DNA of 52,689 bases, the filler included, from Bipalium vagum (Eukaryota), in the NCBI GenBank assembly GCA_037834085.1. It is 3 parts of 3 records of this genome, joined end to end, with 100 filler letters (N's around TTAATTAATTAA, not from the genome) between each part and the next. Parts side by side here need not be neighbours in the genome. Positions count along the whole stretch, not along the records: positions 17,597 to 35,001 come from JBBMKC010066836.1; positions 35,102 to 52,689 come from JBBMKC010054132.1; 1 more part is not named here. One strand, written 5' to 3'. Within the stretch, counting starts at the first letter, position 1. Each line of letters begins with the position of its first letter. Position numbers and translations under genes: made by a program. A model generated the notes under the pieces. It did no database searches and had not been told where the DNA came from. It saw nothing but the letters and a program-made list of their open reading frames with translations. Positions 23,778 through 35,218 of this stretch are shown here, in pieces.

Positions 23778-25002
23778 CAGGGTCTTCCAAAAGAATCTTT
23801 ACTACTTTTAACATTAAATAATAAGTAGTTTTTGTTTAAATAAATTAATATTTAACATCGTTATAATATGCAACGGGCAGAAATTGTTAGAATATTTTAT
23901 CAAAGCGGTAGTTCAATTTCAGTAACCGTTAAAAAATTAAATGCAAAATTTTGGAAAAACAAATGTCCATCAAAACCAACAAGCTACAGTCTGGTTAATG
24001 CTTTTGAAGCATTTGGATCGGTAGCAAATAGACCAAAATCTGGACGACCTCGATCTACGCGTAAATCTGAAAATATTGCAAGTACATGAGAAAGCATTGA
24101 AGACAATAAATGCACCTCAATCAGACATAAAGCACAGGAATTAAACCTCTCAAAATCCAGTTTGTCGTGGATAATGCCTATAAGCTTACCGTAGTTCAGA
24201 AGCCAAGAATCAGACCATCAAAGTCGCCTGAATTATTGTAATTGGTTGTTAGAAAGATCAATTGCGCATCCTCATTTTTGGAAAAAATCATTGACTGATG
24301 ATAGTCATTTTCACCTGAGTGAAGATGTTTTTAATAAACAAAATTGTTGAATTTTGGCAACAAAGCAACTTTATGTTTTGAAGGAAGAAGCATTACATTC
24401 GCCAAAAGTTAGTGTATGGTGTGGAATATGGTCAAAAGTTGTAATTGGTCCATACTTTTTCGAAAATACTGCAGGTAAAACAGTTACAGTAACGGGAGAG
24501 ATATCGACACATGATAGGAAATAAATCTGAATGATTTTAATATGAAAAATATTTACTTTCAGCAAGATGATGCCACATCCCATACAAATAGGAAAACAAT
24601 TGCATTATTACACGAAACTTTTCCATCTGGCGTGATCTCATGTTTTGGTGATGTTGATTGGCCTCCCAGATCTCCAGATTTGACGGCTTTAGACTATTTC
24701 TTATGGGGATATCTAAAAGATAAAGTTTATATTAAAACTCCAAAAACTATTACACAACTCAAAGACAACATTTCGGAACAAATCGCCATGATCTCAAATA
24801 ACTTATGCCAAAAAGTTATGCAAAATTCCATAAAATAGCCTAAACTTGTAAGGATGCCAGTGACGGTCATTTTTATGACATCATATTCAAAATATAAATT
24901 TTAGTAATATGTGTTTAAATAAAGAAATAAATAAAATTAATTAGCTTTTTAATTTTCATGTACGCAGAAATAACGACTTAAAGCTTCTTTTGGAAGACCC
25001 TG
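23778..25002 (+). mobile_element. full-length degenerate Tc1-like element
   Basis: TIRs cagggtcttccaaaagaa / ttcttttggaagaccctg flanked by TA. Motifs: SGRPRS, FQQDDATSH, WPPRSPDLTALDYFLWGYLK. Confidence 0.95.
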
Positions 25003-25150
25003 TATAATTTCTATCTGATTTTATTATAAAAATTTTCTAATTATTGAAAACTCAAAGATGTGAAATATACATTATTTTTATTTAAATGTGCACTACATAC
25101 ATTAGCTTCACATTAATTTTAGATAAATAACGAAATCCGAATCCAAAATT

Positions 25151-27545
25151 TCATTGGTATAACACTGGTTTCCAGTTTAAAATATTAGCGTCCAAGCTAG
25201 TAGTGTAAATCTGATACAACGCTCTATTCCAAATACAAGAAGTGATCTGAAAAAATTAAAAATCCAAAAATTACAACTTATTAACTACTTGGTCAAAATG
25301 GAGTGATGGAAATCTACCTAAAGAACCATCTTCTAAGTCCAAACGACAAATATCCAAATGCGATGGAACCCACAACTTTTTATAATTGGAATAACCAGTC
25401 CAGCAAAACCTGATATTTCGAGTCACGGTCTCACTCTCAAATATTTTCCCAAAATTCAAATCAAGTAATTTACCAGTTTGTGATAAAAGATTCCATATAT
25501 TTATACGACCTTCGTTACCTATTGTAGCCAACTGGTTAGGCGAAATTAAAAAAATAATCAATGCATAATTTAATGTATTCTTTTATCTATTATGTAATAT
25601 TTAAGTATGACGGATAACAAATAGTATCTAAAATATATTTCTATAAAGTTTAACTTGAAAATTAAAAAATTATACTATTTAATTTATTAAATTTTTAATA
25701 TTCTTAAATTAAATTTTTCAAAGACATGTTATGAAATTTTATTTAATTATATACCAATAATCCATCAGGAGAGAACTCAAGACCTCGAATATCTCCTCCA
25801 TGTGCCTGGCAATCTGAATAAAAAAATACATTTTTTTATAAAAAGTAAATGTAAACTTGAATTATTAGCGTAACTATTCTGATATTGATCAAGATGGAAA
25901 ACAGCTTTTCTTGGAGATCTGACGTCCCAAATGCTCACATGGCCTCCTTGACTACAAAATTCTCAATTTTAAATGGTTAAATTATCATTACTCTGCAGTT
26001 GCCAAAATGTATTCTTCACGATTTGACCACTGGATAGTTCTCATATGTTCCGTTGAATTATTAGTGAGGACATGAGTAGATGATCCACTAATAATATCAA
26101 TTAGAATAGATCTATTTCTATCACATGCTACTGCTACTAAATTCATGGACTTACAACATGGAGAAAGAGATATCCAACTTGTGTTGTATAATAACGAAAT
26201 GCTCTCCACGCACTGCAAATTTTGAAAATTCAACACGTTATTTTATATTAAAAAATTTATTTTTAACTTATTTAATGTAATTAATGCCACATTAAATAAA
26301 AAGATATTTAAATGAAAAAATATATTGTCCAAAATTTAAGGATTCTAAATTCTCTTATATAAAATTTTTGCACACCCATTAAGAAACAATTTTAAGTTAT
26401 TCCGGTAAAATAAGTCAAGGTAAATAATCCAAATTCAATGACATAATACCAAAATAAAATAGACAATTTTGTGGTTTTCTTAAACATCTTATGCCGATAT
26501 CTTTTGTTCATTAAATTTTTATAAATTCATTCAACACTGCTTTGTTAATTACATCAGAATTTCATAAGAAATCCGAGATTCAAAATACTTTTTTATTTTA
26601 ATGTATATTTATTGCAGCAACAAAACAGAAAATTACGAGTCACTTTGTAAACACAATAAATAAATTAATGTCGAATAATTCCAATTTTAGTTTGATTAAA
26701 AAGTTTATTGCCTAACCTATTGAATTTATTATTATATTCAAAAATCAAATATTACATGTATAAAATAATTAAATTTTAAAATCATTAAAACAAAGACAAT
26801 ATCAAAATATTATTTTTTTCAATAACTTCATTTTAAAAATATATTTAGAATGTTTAATAGAAATTAAAATTTTTATTCTGAAAATGTTCATTTAAGAAAA
26901 TAAAAATTAATGTTAGTCAAATTTTTTAATTAGCAAAATCAAATATTAATATTCTTATTATTTCTAGAACCAAATATATTTTTTATTCAAATTCTCAAAA
27001 CTCGAAACGATTATAGATTTTTGTATATTTAATTACTTAGATTAATACATATGAATATCAATAATCTGTATAAATATTTCTAAATCAATCTCAGAATATT
27101 GATAAAAAATAAAATTTTACTGATATAATTCACCTTTCCTCTATTTGCATCCCAAATATTGATATATTTCTCAGTTCCGCAAGTAAAATACATACCAGAA
27201 TCAACTGGATACCACTGAATGCATTTTATTGCTTTTTTAGTTCGATCTACATGTGAGTCATAAAAATCAAATTTTTTAGCTGATTTATCATATAAAAGAG
27301 CCTCCAAATCATAAATTATTATGTTTCCATCTGTAAAACCACATAATAAGCTAACAAATATTAAATTAAATTGAAAATATAATAGCAAACAATTTATTTT
27401 CTATAACTTCAATTGTAAAATCGCTACAAATATTTTTATTTTTCAAAGAACTGTGGGAACAACATTCAATTAATTTTGGGATATCATAATAAAATTTTCT
27501 ACAGCTCTTATTTAAGATTTCACGATAAAATATTTTTTTAAACAT
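25151..27545 (-). CDS. ERCC8: DNA excision repair WD40 protein CSA; 7 exons, 361 aa
   Basis: Exons 27545-27391, 27350-27134, 26212-25992, 25951-25857, 25813-25755, 25531-25289 and 25246-25151 splice in frame. Motifs IQWYPVDSGMY, SGSSTHVL, YILATA..VSIWDVR..FHLDQ, AHGGDIRGLEFSPDGL, NFGKI and SLDANILNW match CSA in order. Confidence 0.93.
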
Positions 27546-28608
27546 GGTTTAGATAGCAAATTATTATAATATTAAGCTAAAATAAAATAACTTTTAAATT
27601 ATTATATTTAAACAATACTAATCTAGAGAACACCTTATATTGAATTAATTGAATAAAGAATTCTTTTATCTGTAATTGTATAAAATATCTGAAAACTAAA
27701 TGATTAAAAATTTGACAAAAATAAAATAATAGACTCTAATTATTTATTTGCTTATTTAGATATGTAAAAATTGTCTAAATTATTTGAATATTAACTTAAA
27801 CTTTATAAAACAAGGAAAAAATTTAAAATTTGAATTAAAAGAAAGACATTATTATACATTTTGTTAAAATATACGTAATATTCTACATATTTGACATCAG
27901 TTTTTTGTCAAATGAATAGTTATTATAACTTTTAACATTAACATTTTGTTAATGTCATATAACTTTGTGCAGACCATGTCTTTTATGTTTCTAATCTGCT
28001 CTTTGAAGACTGAATCAAAATAATCACAATAAAATATAAATATATAATACTATGGTAAGGGGTAAAATAGTCTTATAACCTTTTTCAAATGGATATTATG
28101 AAAGCCTGAAAATGTATTCGTATTAATAAAGTTTGAAATAAGCTAAATAATTATTTCATTTAATATGTTTTTATAACTTACTCAAATTTTGTATTTATTA
28201 TGAAAGTTAATATATTTCTAAAAATTAAATTTTTTAATGTAACTTTTTGCAAATGCAATTTATTAATGTACAATACCGTCCATATGTTTGGAGCCACCCC
28301 TGTAATTTACATAAAATGATGGAAATATATAATAATAATTACTTTAATTTAGTTTATATTTAAATATGTGGAAAAAAATGTTAAAGCACATGTTTTCTCA
28401 AAAAAAATTTTTCAATAGTAGAAAAATTGAATTTTTCAAAAACATGATTTTCTTAGTCATTTTGAATACAAGATTGTAAGACAAAGAAACATTTTTTATT
28501 AAGATTTACAGCTGCTTTACACATTTCAATAGGAAGTCAACTTCAACAGGTATAAATTAATATAAATAAACCAGATTGTTTTTGTAACTCAATACCTCCG
28601 ATGATATC

Positions 28609-28740
28609 TGTTGGGTTTACCCAAGATAACCAAGCAAAATCATAAAAAGTATAGATGTTAAGAATAATAATATTATTAATAATTAAAATTAATTAATACT
28701 TGAGAAACAATTAGAAACAATTGCTCCAAGAATTTGAATC
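28609..28740 (+). repeat. truncated LTR-like repeat copy
   Basis: tgttgggtttacccaag start and aataataatattattaataattaaaattaattaatact shared with 17176-17300. Confidence 0.5.
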
Positions 28741-29884
28741 AATGAAGGTACTCTGCCTTCAGCGGCGTGAGCTTCGCGTACTTCATTTTTAAATTTCAAC
28801 AATTTTATCTTTAAGTTCATTAATTATTTTTTTACTTAACTAATATTTTTCTTCATTAAAAGTTATATATTTTAGTTTACCAACAATAATATTTTTTAAA
28901 TTTTTCTTCAGTTAATACTTTCATTTTTATAGAAACTAATTTGAAAAAATACTCACAAAAATAAATTTGTTTTAATAAAACTATTTTTAAAATAAAATAT
29001 CAAAATGACACAAAGTTTTAAATGGTTTTTTAATATTCTTTATTAATATTTTTTTAATATAATTATAGATGCTAAAATTTAAATTTTGAAACAGGAAAAA
29101 GATAATCTTATGATCTCAGAACAATGAAAGAAAATAATCTGAGAATGCTAGAACTTAAAAAACAAGAAAATAAAGTAAAAATGGAAAAATTTAGAAAAAT
29201 AATAAAACAAACAAACAATGATTTTTATCAAAAACGAAAAGAATAAAACATATGCTAGAAAAGAAGATTGAGGAAAATGAAAATCTAATGAAATACCTAT
29301 GTAAATGTTGAAGAGAAATCACCAGAATATTATGATGCAGAAGATAACTAATTTGATTGATTAAAATTTTATTAATATTATCTAGGATTTTTATGTAGGA
29401 TATTTATTTTGAAATAAAAATTATCTTTTATTATATTTTTATTTCATTACCTTTAACTGATAATAAAATTTTATTTTTTTTCATAATTATTATTATCATA
29501 AAAATAAAAATTATCATATTAGAAATTAACGTAACACAAAAGAAGTTATTGTTATCTGTAACTAATTTGTTTGATTATGAAATATGATTAATAATATTAA
29601 TATTTATTAAAAATAAATACAATCAATATATTATAAACATGATGATAAATTTTTTCAATTTAATTTAATTTAATAAAATTTACATGTTATTATTAATTAT
29701 TAATAACATAAATTTTGTACTATATCGTTTTGAACACAGTTCAAACTGTTATAACTTTGAACAAAGTTAAAACTGTGAGCAAAAGTTATTGGTTGAATCT
29801 CAAGGTTAAGTGTCGTGAAAAAAATTTCTTCTTAATAATAATATATTTTTTCCTAAAAAATAATAAACTATTATTTAGATTAGA

Positions 29885-30480
29885 ACAGTTTTCTGTAGTT
29901 TACTCTCATAAAATCTTCCAAGAATCTTTTCACCATTTTTATCTATAATTCCATAAACAATTGGATTTGTAAGATAAAAAAATTTCTTCTGTATATCCTT
30001 TTTCAAATTTAATTTTGTATTTAAAAATTCTTACTCGACCTACAATATGAAACCTACTTTTAGATTTCAAAATTTCAGGTAAAATATTTTCTTTTTCATT
30101 ATATTTTAATTTTAATTTCGTTGGACTTTTAGCTCGGTCAAAGACCTTGACAGCTTTGTTGGATGCTTCATTAGGAAAAATTCCAATTGATGATAAATTT
30201 TATTATTGTAAGAATTAATTAAGTTTGGTAAAAGATATTACCATTTTCGATTTTCTTGTTCCGTAAATTTTTTAAACATAATTTTTTAGAGTTCGTTTTA
30301 ATATGTCAATGACTACAGCTTTTCCTTCATTCCCTTTTGAGTAAATTTCTATTTCATTATCATCAGAAAATTCTTGAAATTCTTGATGATTTATTGTAAA
30401 TTCTTCTTTTATTGTAAAATTCTTTTCCTTTATCAATCCAACGTTTTTCTGGGTTTCTTTGGTAGTCTACAAACATTGTA
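29885..30480 (-). pseudogene. Polinton-type retroviral-like (rve) integrase, C-terminal half
   Basis: IDKGKEFYN, EIYS..NEGKAVVI...RTLK, LINSYNN, GRVRIFKYKIKFEKGYTEEIF; several frameshifts. Confidence 0.88.
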
Positions 30481-30756
30481 TCAAATGCAGCAACAATTAA
30501 AATTGAAAAACATTAGTAGTAATATCTCCAGCATATCCCGCACCTCCAAAAAAACAATAAAAATATAGAAGCTTCGCGGACTGAAAGTGTTACAGCTGAA
30601 GGCTTGATTCTTGAGAAAAAAATCAAATTTTCTATTAAATGGAGTGCGAATATTTAGATAATAAAAAAATCCCACAACCAAAAAATGATTCTGTGGGACT
30701 TTTCCATTTCCGAAGGGTAAAAAAAGAAAAATTCCACGTTTTTAACTCAATTTTTT

Positions 30757-30984
30757 TTTCTTTAAAATTTTGGTTTTTTTTAGAGAAAAAGTAAAGAAAT
30801 CATTGATGAATTTTGCAGTCCAGTTTTACTCATAAACAAAAAAAAATTTTATGAATACTTTTTTACCAAAATTTTCTTTAAAATTTTGGTTTTAGAGAAA
30901 AAGTAAAAAAATCATTGATGAATTTTGCAGTCCAGTTTTACTCATAAACAAAAAATAAAAATTTTATGAATACTTTTTTACCAA
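30757..30984 (+). repeat. ~115-bp near-perfect tandem duplication
   Basis: ttctttaaaattttggtt...gaattttgcagtccagttttactcataaac...gaatacttttttacca occurs twice in tandem. Confidence 0.92.
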
Positions 30985-31426
30985 GACAAATACAAATGGT
31001 ACATCAACAATCTGGTTATATACAATCCAAAATTGGTAAAATTTATGAACAAGTTATAAATTTACTTATAGATTGTTAGAAAAAATATAAAGGAATAGAT
31101 TTTATTTCTTATCAAAGAAAAGTAGTTTTTGAATTAAGAATGTGTTATAAAAATATTAATTATGACATGTATAATAATATGTATAAAAAATCGTATAAAT
31201 TCAAAAAAGAAAATCACGATTATAAAGTTATTTTTAGATATTTATATGATGATAAACCAAAATATGAAAAAGATAAAAATGAAATATCAAGTGATTATTT
31301 TTGGGAATTTTTATTTTCTCATCAATCTAAAAAATTTAAAAAATAACAGAAGGGGAGATACAAAATAAAATAAATGACATTTTTGAAAAATTAAAAATTT
31401 TAAAAAAGTTAATTTTTCTTTAAAAA

Positions 31427-31905
31427 ATGAATTCGAGAATGAATCTATCAAGAAATTAGTTAAATTTTTCAATTGATGAAACTATTGATTTATTAAATAA
31501 TTCATTGAGATCAACAGAAAGAATAAATTCAAATAATGATCACGTTTATAAAGGTCTTATTTCATTTTCATCTGTTTTAACTCCAATTTATAAGTTTTTT
31601 GAAAATGTATACACTCTTTTATATGAGTGTGATGAATGACATGGGAAAAGGAAGGATGTTTTGGCATATTGATCATGTTCTTCCAGTTTCTAAATTTGAT
31701 TTTGATAATAAAGATCATTTTAAAACATGCTGGAATTGGAAAATTTAAGACCATTAAGAGTTGAAAAAAATCTAAGAAAAAGTAATAGAATTTATTATAA
31801 AAAATATTTATTTCAAGATATTAAAGTAAAGTATTTTGAAAAAGAATATAAAAAAGGAACGGAAATATTTCATAATTATTTAAAATGGGTGGTTGAAAAT
31901 AACTG
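31427..31905 (+). pseudogene. HNH-type endonuclease relic of the kind common in NCLDVs and phages
   Basis: Across two frameshifts: MTWE..G / WHIDHVLPVSKFDFDNKDHFKTCWNWK / NLRPLRVEKNLRKSNRI. Confidence 0.75.
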
Positions 31906-32206
31906 ATAAGCTTCGCTTTGGATTAGATGAAAAATGTTATAAAATATTTTTTTCCAAATTCACCGACTTTTTGGCAATAAAAAAAATGAAGTAAAAAATC
32001 AGACGAAACACCAAGAGAGCAAAGCTCTCGTAAAAATTAATAAAGAAAATAATTATAATGAATTCAATAATAAAAAAATATTTTATCATATGATGAAAAA
32101 GTTTTTAAAAAATTGACACCGTTTTCTTAACAATAGAAAACTCTTAAAAATAAAATTCTCTTAATAATTCTCTCATTTTTAATTTAGTTTCAAAATTAAT
32201 CATTTT

Positions 32207-33406
32207 TTAACCTTCAAGTTTTATTTCCTTAACTTTCTCGTGTAATAAAACACAATTTAAAAATCCCTTAAAATCATTTGCTTTTTCAATAAGTAAAGTT
32301 ATTGTTGCTCCATTTATACATAAATTTTCTGTTTGATCTGTTAAATTAAAACAAAATATGAAATATAACTTTTCAAATTCTAATAAAGATAACTTTGGAT
32401 CATTCTTAAAATATTCACATGCTTTTACATAATTCAAATAAGTTTCATCGTTTTATCCTTTTATAAAGTTTATTAGTTTTAAAGGATAATAAGTATCAAC
32501 AAGTTGAATTTGTAAAGATTTAATTTTTTCTTGAGCAAATAAACTATTTTTATAGCCAATATCTGATTCTGTGAAAGCAATAAATAAATATATAGGAATA
32601 TTAGGAATATTATATATTTGTATTGTTTGAGTTGTTTCTTCAGTTAATTTTAATTCTAAACAATTTCTACATAAAAAAATTAATATTAATATTTTTCTCA
32701 TCACTCATTCTAGAAATAAGATTTAATCTAGCTTTATTATTTAATTTCAATAATGGAATAAATAATGAAAGTTTTTTCAATCTTATTTTTGGTTGTTGAT
32801 TGTCTAAAACTTCATATGTTCCGTAAAATATTTCTTTTTCTAAATTAGTTATTTTTCTTACTAATTTTATTTGTCTCTGATATTATATAAAGTTTTTCTG
32901 AAAAATCCGAACATTAATTTTAAAGGAAATCTTCCTCTGCTTGTATTATTTGAATATAAACTTTTTCTAGATTTAAAACCTTAATTGTTCTTAGCTTCGT
33001 CCTCCTTAATTTTATCAGGAATCCAACCAAATAATTCTCCATTATTATTATTTTTATCAATCATTACAAAATTTGTTATGGAATTTGATAAACCTAATTT
33101 TTGAATAATTTCTATTTCTGTTGATCCTAATTTTAGTGATGCATTTGAAAATAAATAAGGAAAAAAGTTATTCTGCAATGTAATATTTTCTTCTGCTTTA
33201 ACATTTTTAATTTCAATTTCATAAAGATAATTTGAATTACATATATCTAACGGATTTGCTTTAGGTATTATTGTAAATGTTAAATTTTCTGTATCATTCA
33301 AATTTGTTATTGTTTCTGGATCTAAGCTTACTTCGTAATAATCTGTATTCTCATATGTTGTTTTTCGATGATAGTAATTTTTATTATACATCAATGCTTC
33401 TTCCAT
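32207..33406 (-). pseudogene. double-jelly-roll major capsid protein relic
   Basis: NLNDTENLTFTI....LDICNSNYLYEI, LQNNFFPYLFSNASLKLGSTEIE, PIYLFIAF, IQLVDTYYP and IFCFNLTDQ.E match recalled Polinton MCP motifs. Length is about 400 codons and it lies next to the ATPase. Confidence 0.75.
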
Positions 33407-33616
33407 TTTTTATAAAAAAATACAATTTTAGAAAAAATAAAGCTTCACTTCTAGAGATTATAAATCTCAAATTTTAGAAAAAATATAATTTTGCAGCAAT
33501 TTAATATTTCAGCCGCTAGCTTAACTTAGTTGAATGCTGATGACATTATCTTTTTTGTTTCTAAATTTATAAAAAAATAATTATATATATTATATGTATT
33601 TTTATTAATATGAAAG

Positions 33617-34264
33617 TTAAATAAATAATAAATAAAAATAATAAATAAATAACAAAATGAGATAACATTTTTGAATAAATTTGTAATTTATCATTTTTAG
33701 AAATTTCAAATAAATTAAAAAATTGGAATTATTTCTTATACTTCTTAAAGGTAAATCAAAAAAAGATTGTGATAGATATATTACTGAACATTTATTATGT
33801 CTTCCTCTAGTGACATACATTTCCATTATATATTGATTTTTTTCATTAATAACATCATCAAAAATAATTAAATTTTTCTTAGTTTTTTATAATTTATCTG
33901 GTGGTTGAATTTCATTTCCTTTATCAGATAATGTTATTTTTTATTTGTCTTTCTTTATGTTCATTTTTTTTTTCATCAAATTTTACATTTTTTATTTTTA
34001 AATATTTGACAACTTCTTTAATAATCCATAATCAAAACAATCTTTTATATATTTTAAAGCTGGTTGAAGAAAAGTAGTTTTAGAATATATAATCAAATTG
34101 TTATAATCAATATAATCTTTTTTTAATAACATATGATATAATAACATTGTTTTTCCTGATCCGGAAGGACCAATAATTAACATTCTAAAAATTGATGGTA
34201 AATTAAAATGATGTTTAAATTTTATAGAATTATTATTTAAGAAATCATCTCAATAAAATTACAT
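33617..34264 (-). pseudogene. A32/FtsK-like genome-packaging ATPase relic
   Basis: Walker A RMLIIGPSGSGKT, Walker B LIIFDDV, and RGRHNKCSVIYLSQSFFDLP..IRNN. Confidence 0.92.
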
Positions 34265-34344
34265 TTTTTTAATAAAAAATTAATAAACACTTAATTTGAT
34301 TATACCTGCTTTAAATGCGGTTAGCAAAGCAAACCTTAACTCAA

Positions 34345-34450
34345 ACTTGCTTTAAATGAATTTTAAAACTAATTTCTTCTCCATTAAAATCTATTAATTC
34401 TCTGTTATCATCAATTACTCTAAAATTTATTACATCAATATTTTTTGTAA
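34345..34450 (-). pseudogene. minor capsid (penton) C-terminus, cut by a mariner fragment
   Basis: IDVINFRVIDDNRELIDFNGEEISFKIHLK matches the Polinton penton C-terminal pattern I.I.D..G..IDF.GE.....LHL. Confidence 0.7.
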
Positions 34451-34452
34451 TC

Positions 34453-35001
34453 ACAGGAAAAAAAATCTGAAAATTTGGTTCTTTATTACTTTTATATCCT
34501 CTTTTAACAGTATTCGAAGGAAAATCATAAAATAGTTGTTTTTTATTATTAAGTTGTAAAGAAATAAATGGCGGTTTTTAATATCTAACTTTAAAGGAAC
34601 ACATGACAGCTTAAACAAAGTTTTATTTATCAAAACAGAATCCGCCAGACTGTACACACTTCTCCCAATGAGTGACAAGCTTATTTATCCCGATTCGATA
34701 AAAATTCGGAGGTTTAGATGTTACAAATTCTTCTAAGGCCTGAATGACGACATCCACATTGAGGAAGGTTCTCCCGCTAAGGAACTTGTTCAGATATTTG
34801 AAAAATAGTAATCAGTAGGCGAGAGGTCTGGTGAATAGGCTGGGCGAGGCAGAGTTTCAATATGAAGGTCATTCAATTTTTGTATTGTAGATTGTGTGAC
34901 GCGTGGTCTGGAGAAGCAGTTTACGGCCTTCAGTTTTTGAAACATTTCTTCGATTTCCATGCAATATAATTCGGAGGTAATTGTTTGCCCACATTTTAAG
35001 A
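34453..35001 (-). mobile_element. mariner 3' fragment
   Basis: LKCGQTITSELYC and PAYSPDLSPTDYYFFKYL motifs. Confidence 0.85.
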
Positions 35002-35101
35002 NNNNNNNNNNNNNNNNNNNNNNNNNNNNNNNNNNNNNNNNNNNNTTAATTAATTAANNNNNNNNNNNNNNNNNNNNNNNNNNNNNNNNNNNNNNNNNNN
35101 N
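35002..35101. other. artificial contig linker N44-TTAATTAATTAA-N44
   Basis: Identical in form to 17497-17596. Confidence 0.97.
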
Positions 35102-35218
35102 TAAATACTTGTAAATAATAATATTGAAAAATTTAAACGAAAATATGGAAATTGCCAAAAATTATGCATATTAGTATAATAATGTGGTGTTTGAAAAAAT
35201 TATGACAATCAGTATACA

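Larger units (their letters stand above)
28745..34452 (-). mobile_element. decayed Polinton/Maverick (adintovirus-like) endogenous virus segment; boundaries approximate
   Basis: Intronless, extremely AT-rich cluster of minor capsid, A32 ATPase, major capsid, HNH and integrase relics. No DNA polymerase or protease seen. Confidence 0.88.

Noticed and set aside
25123-25156. Candidate third exon of the calumenin-like gene
   Set aside because: Translates as INNEIRIQNFI with no EF-hand similarity and overlaps the ERCC8 stop.
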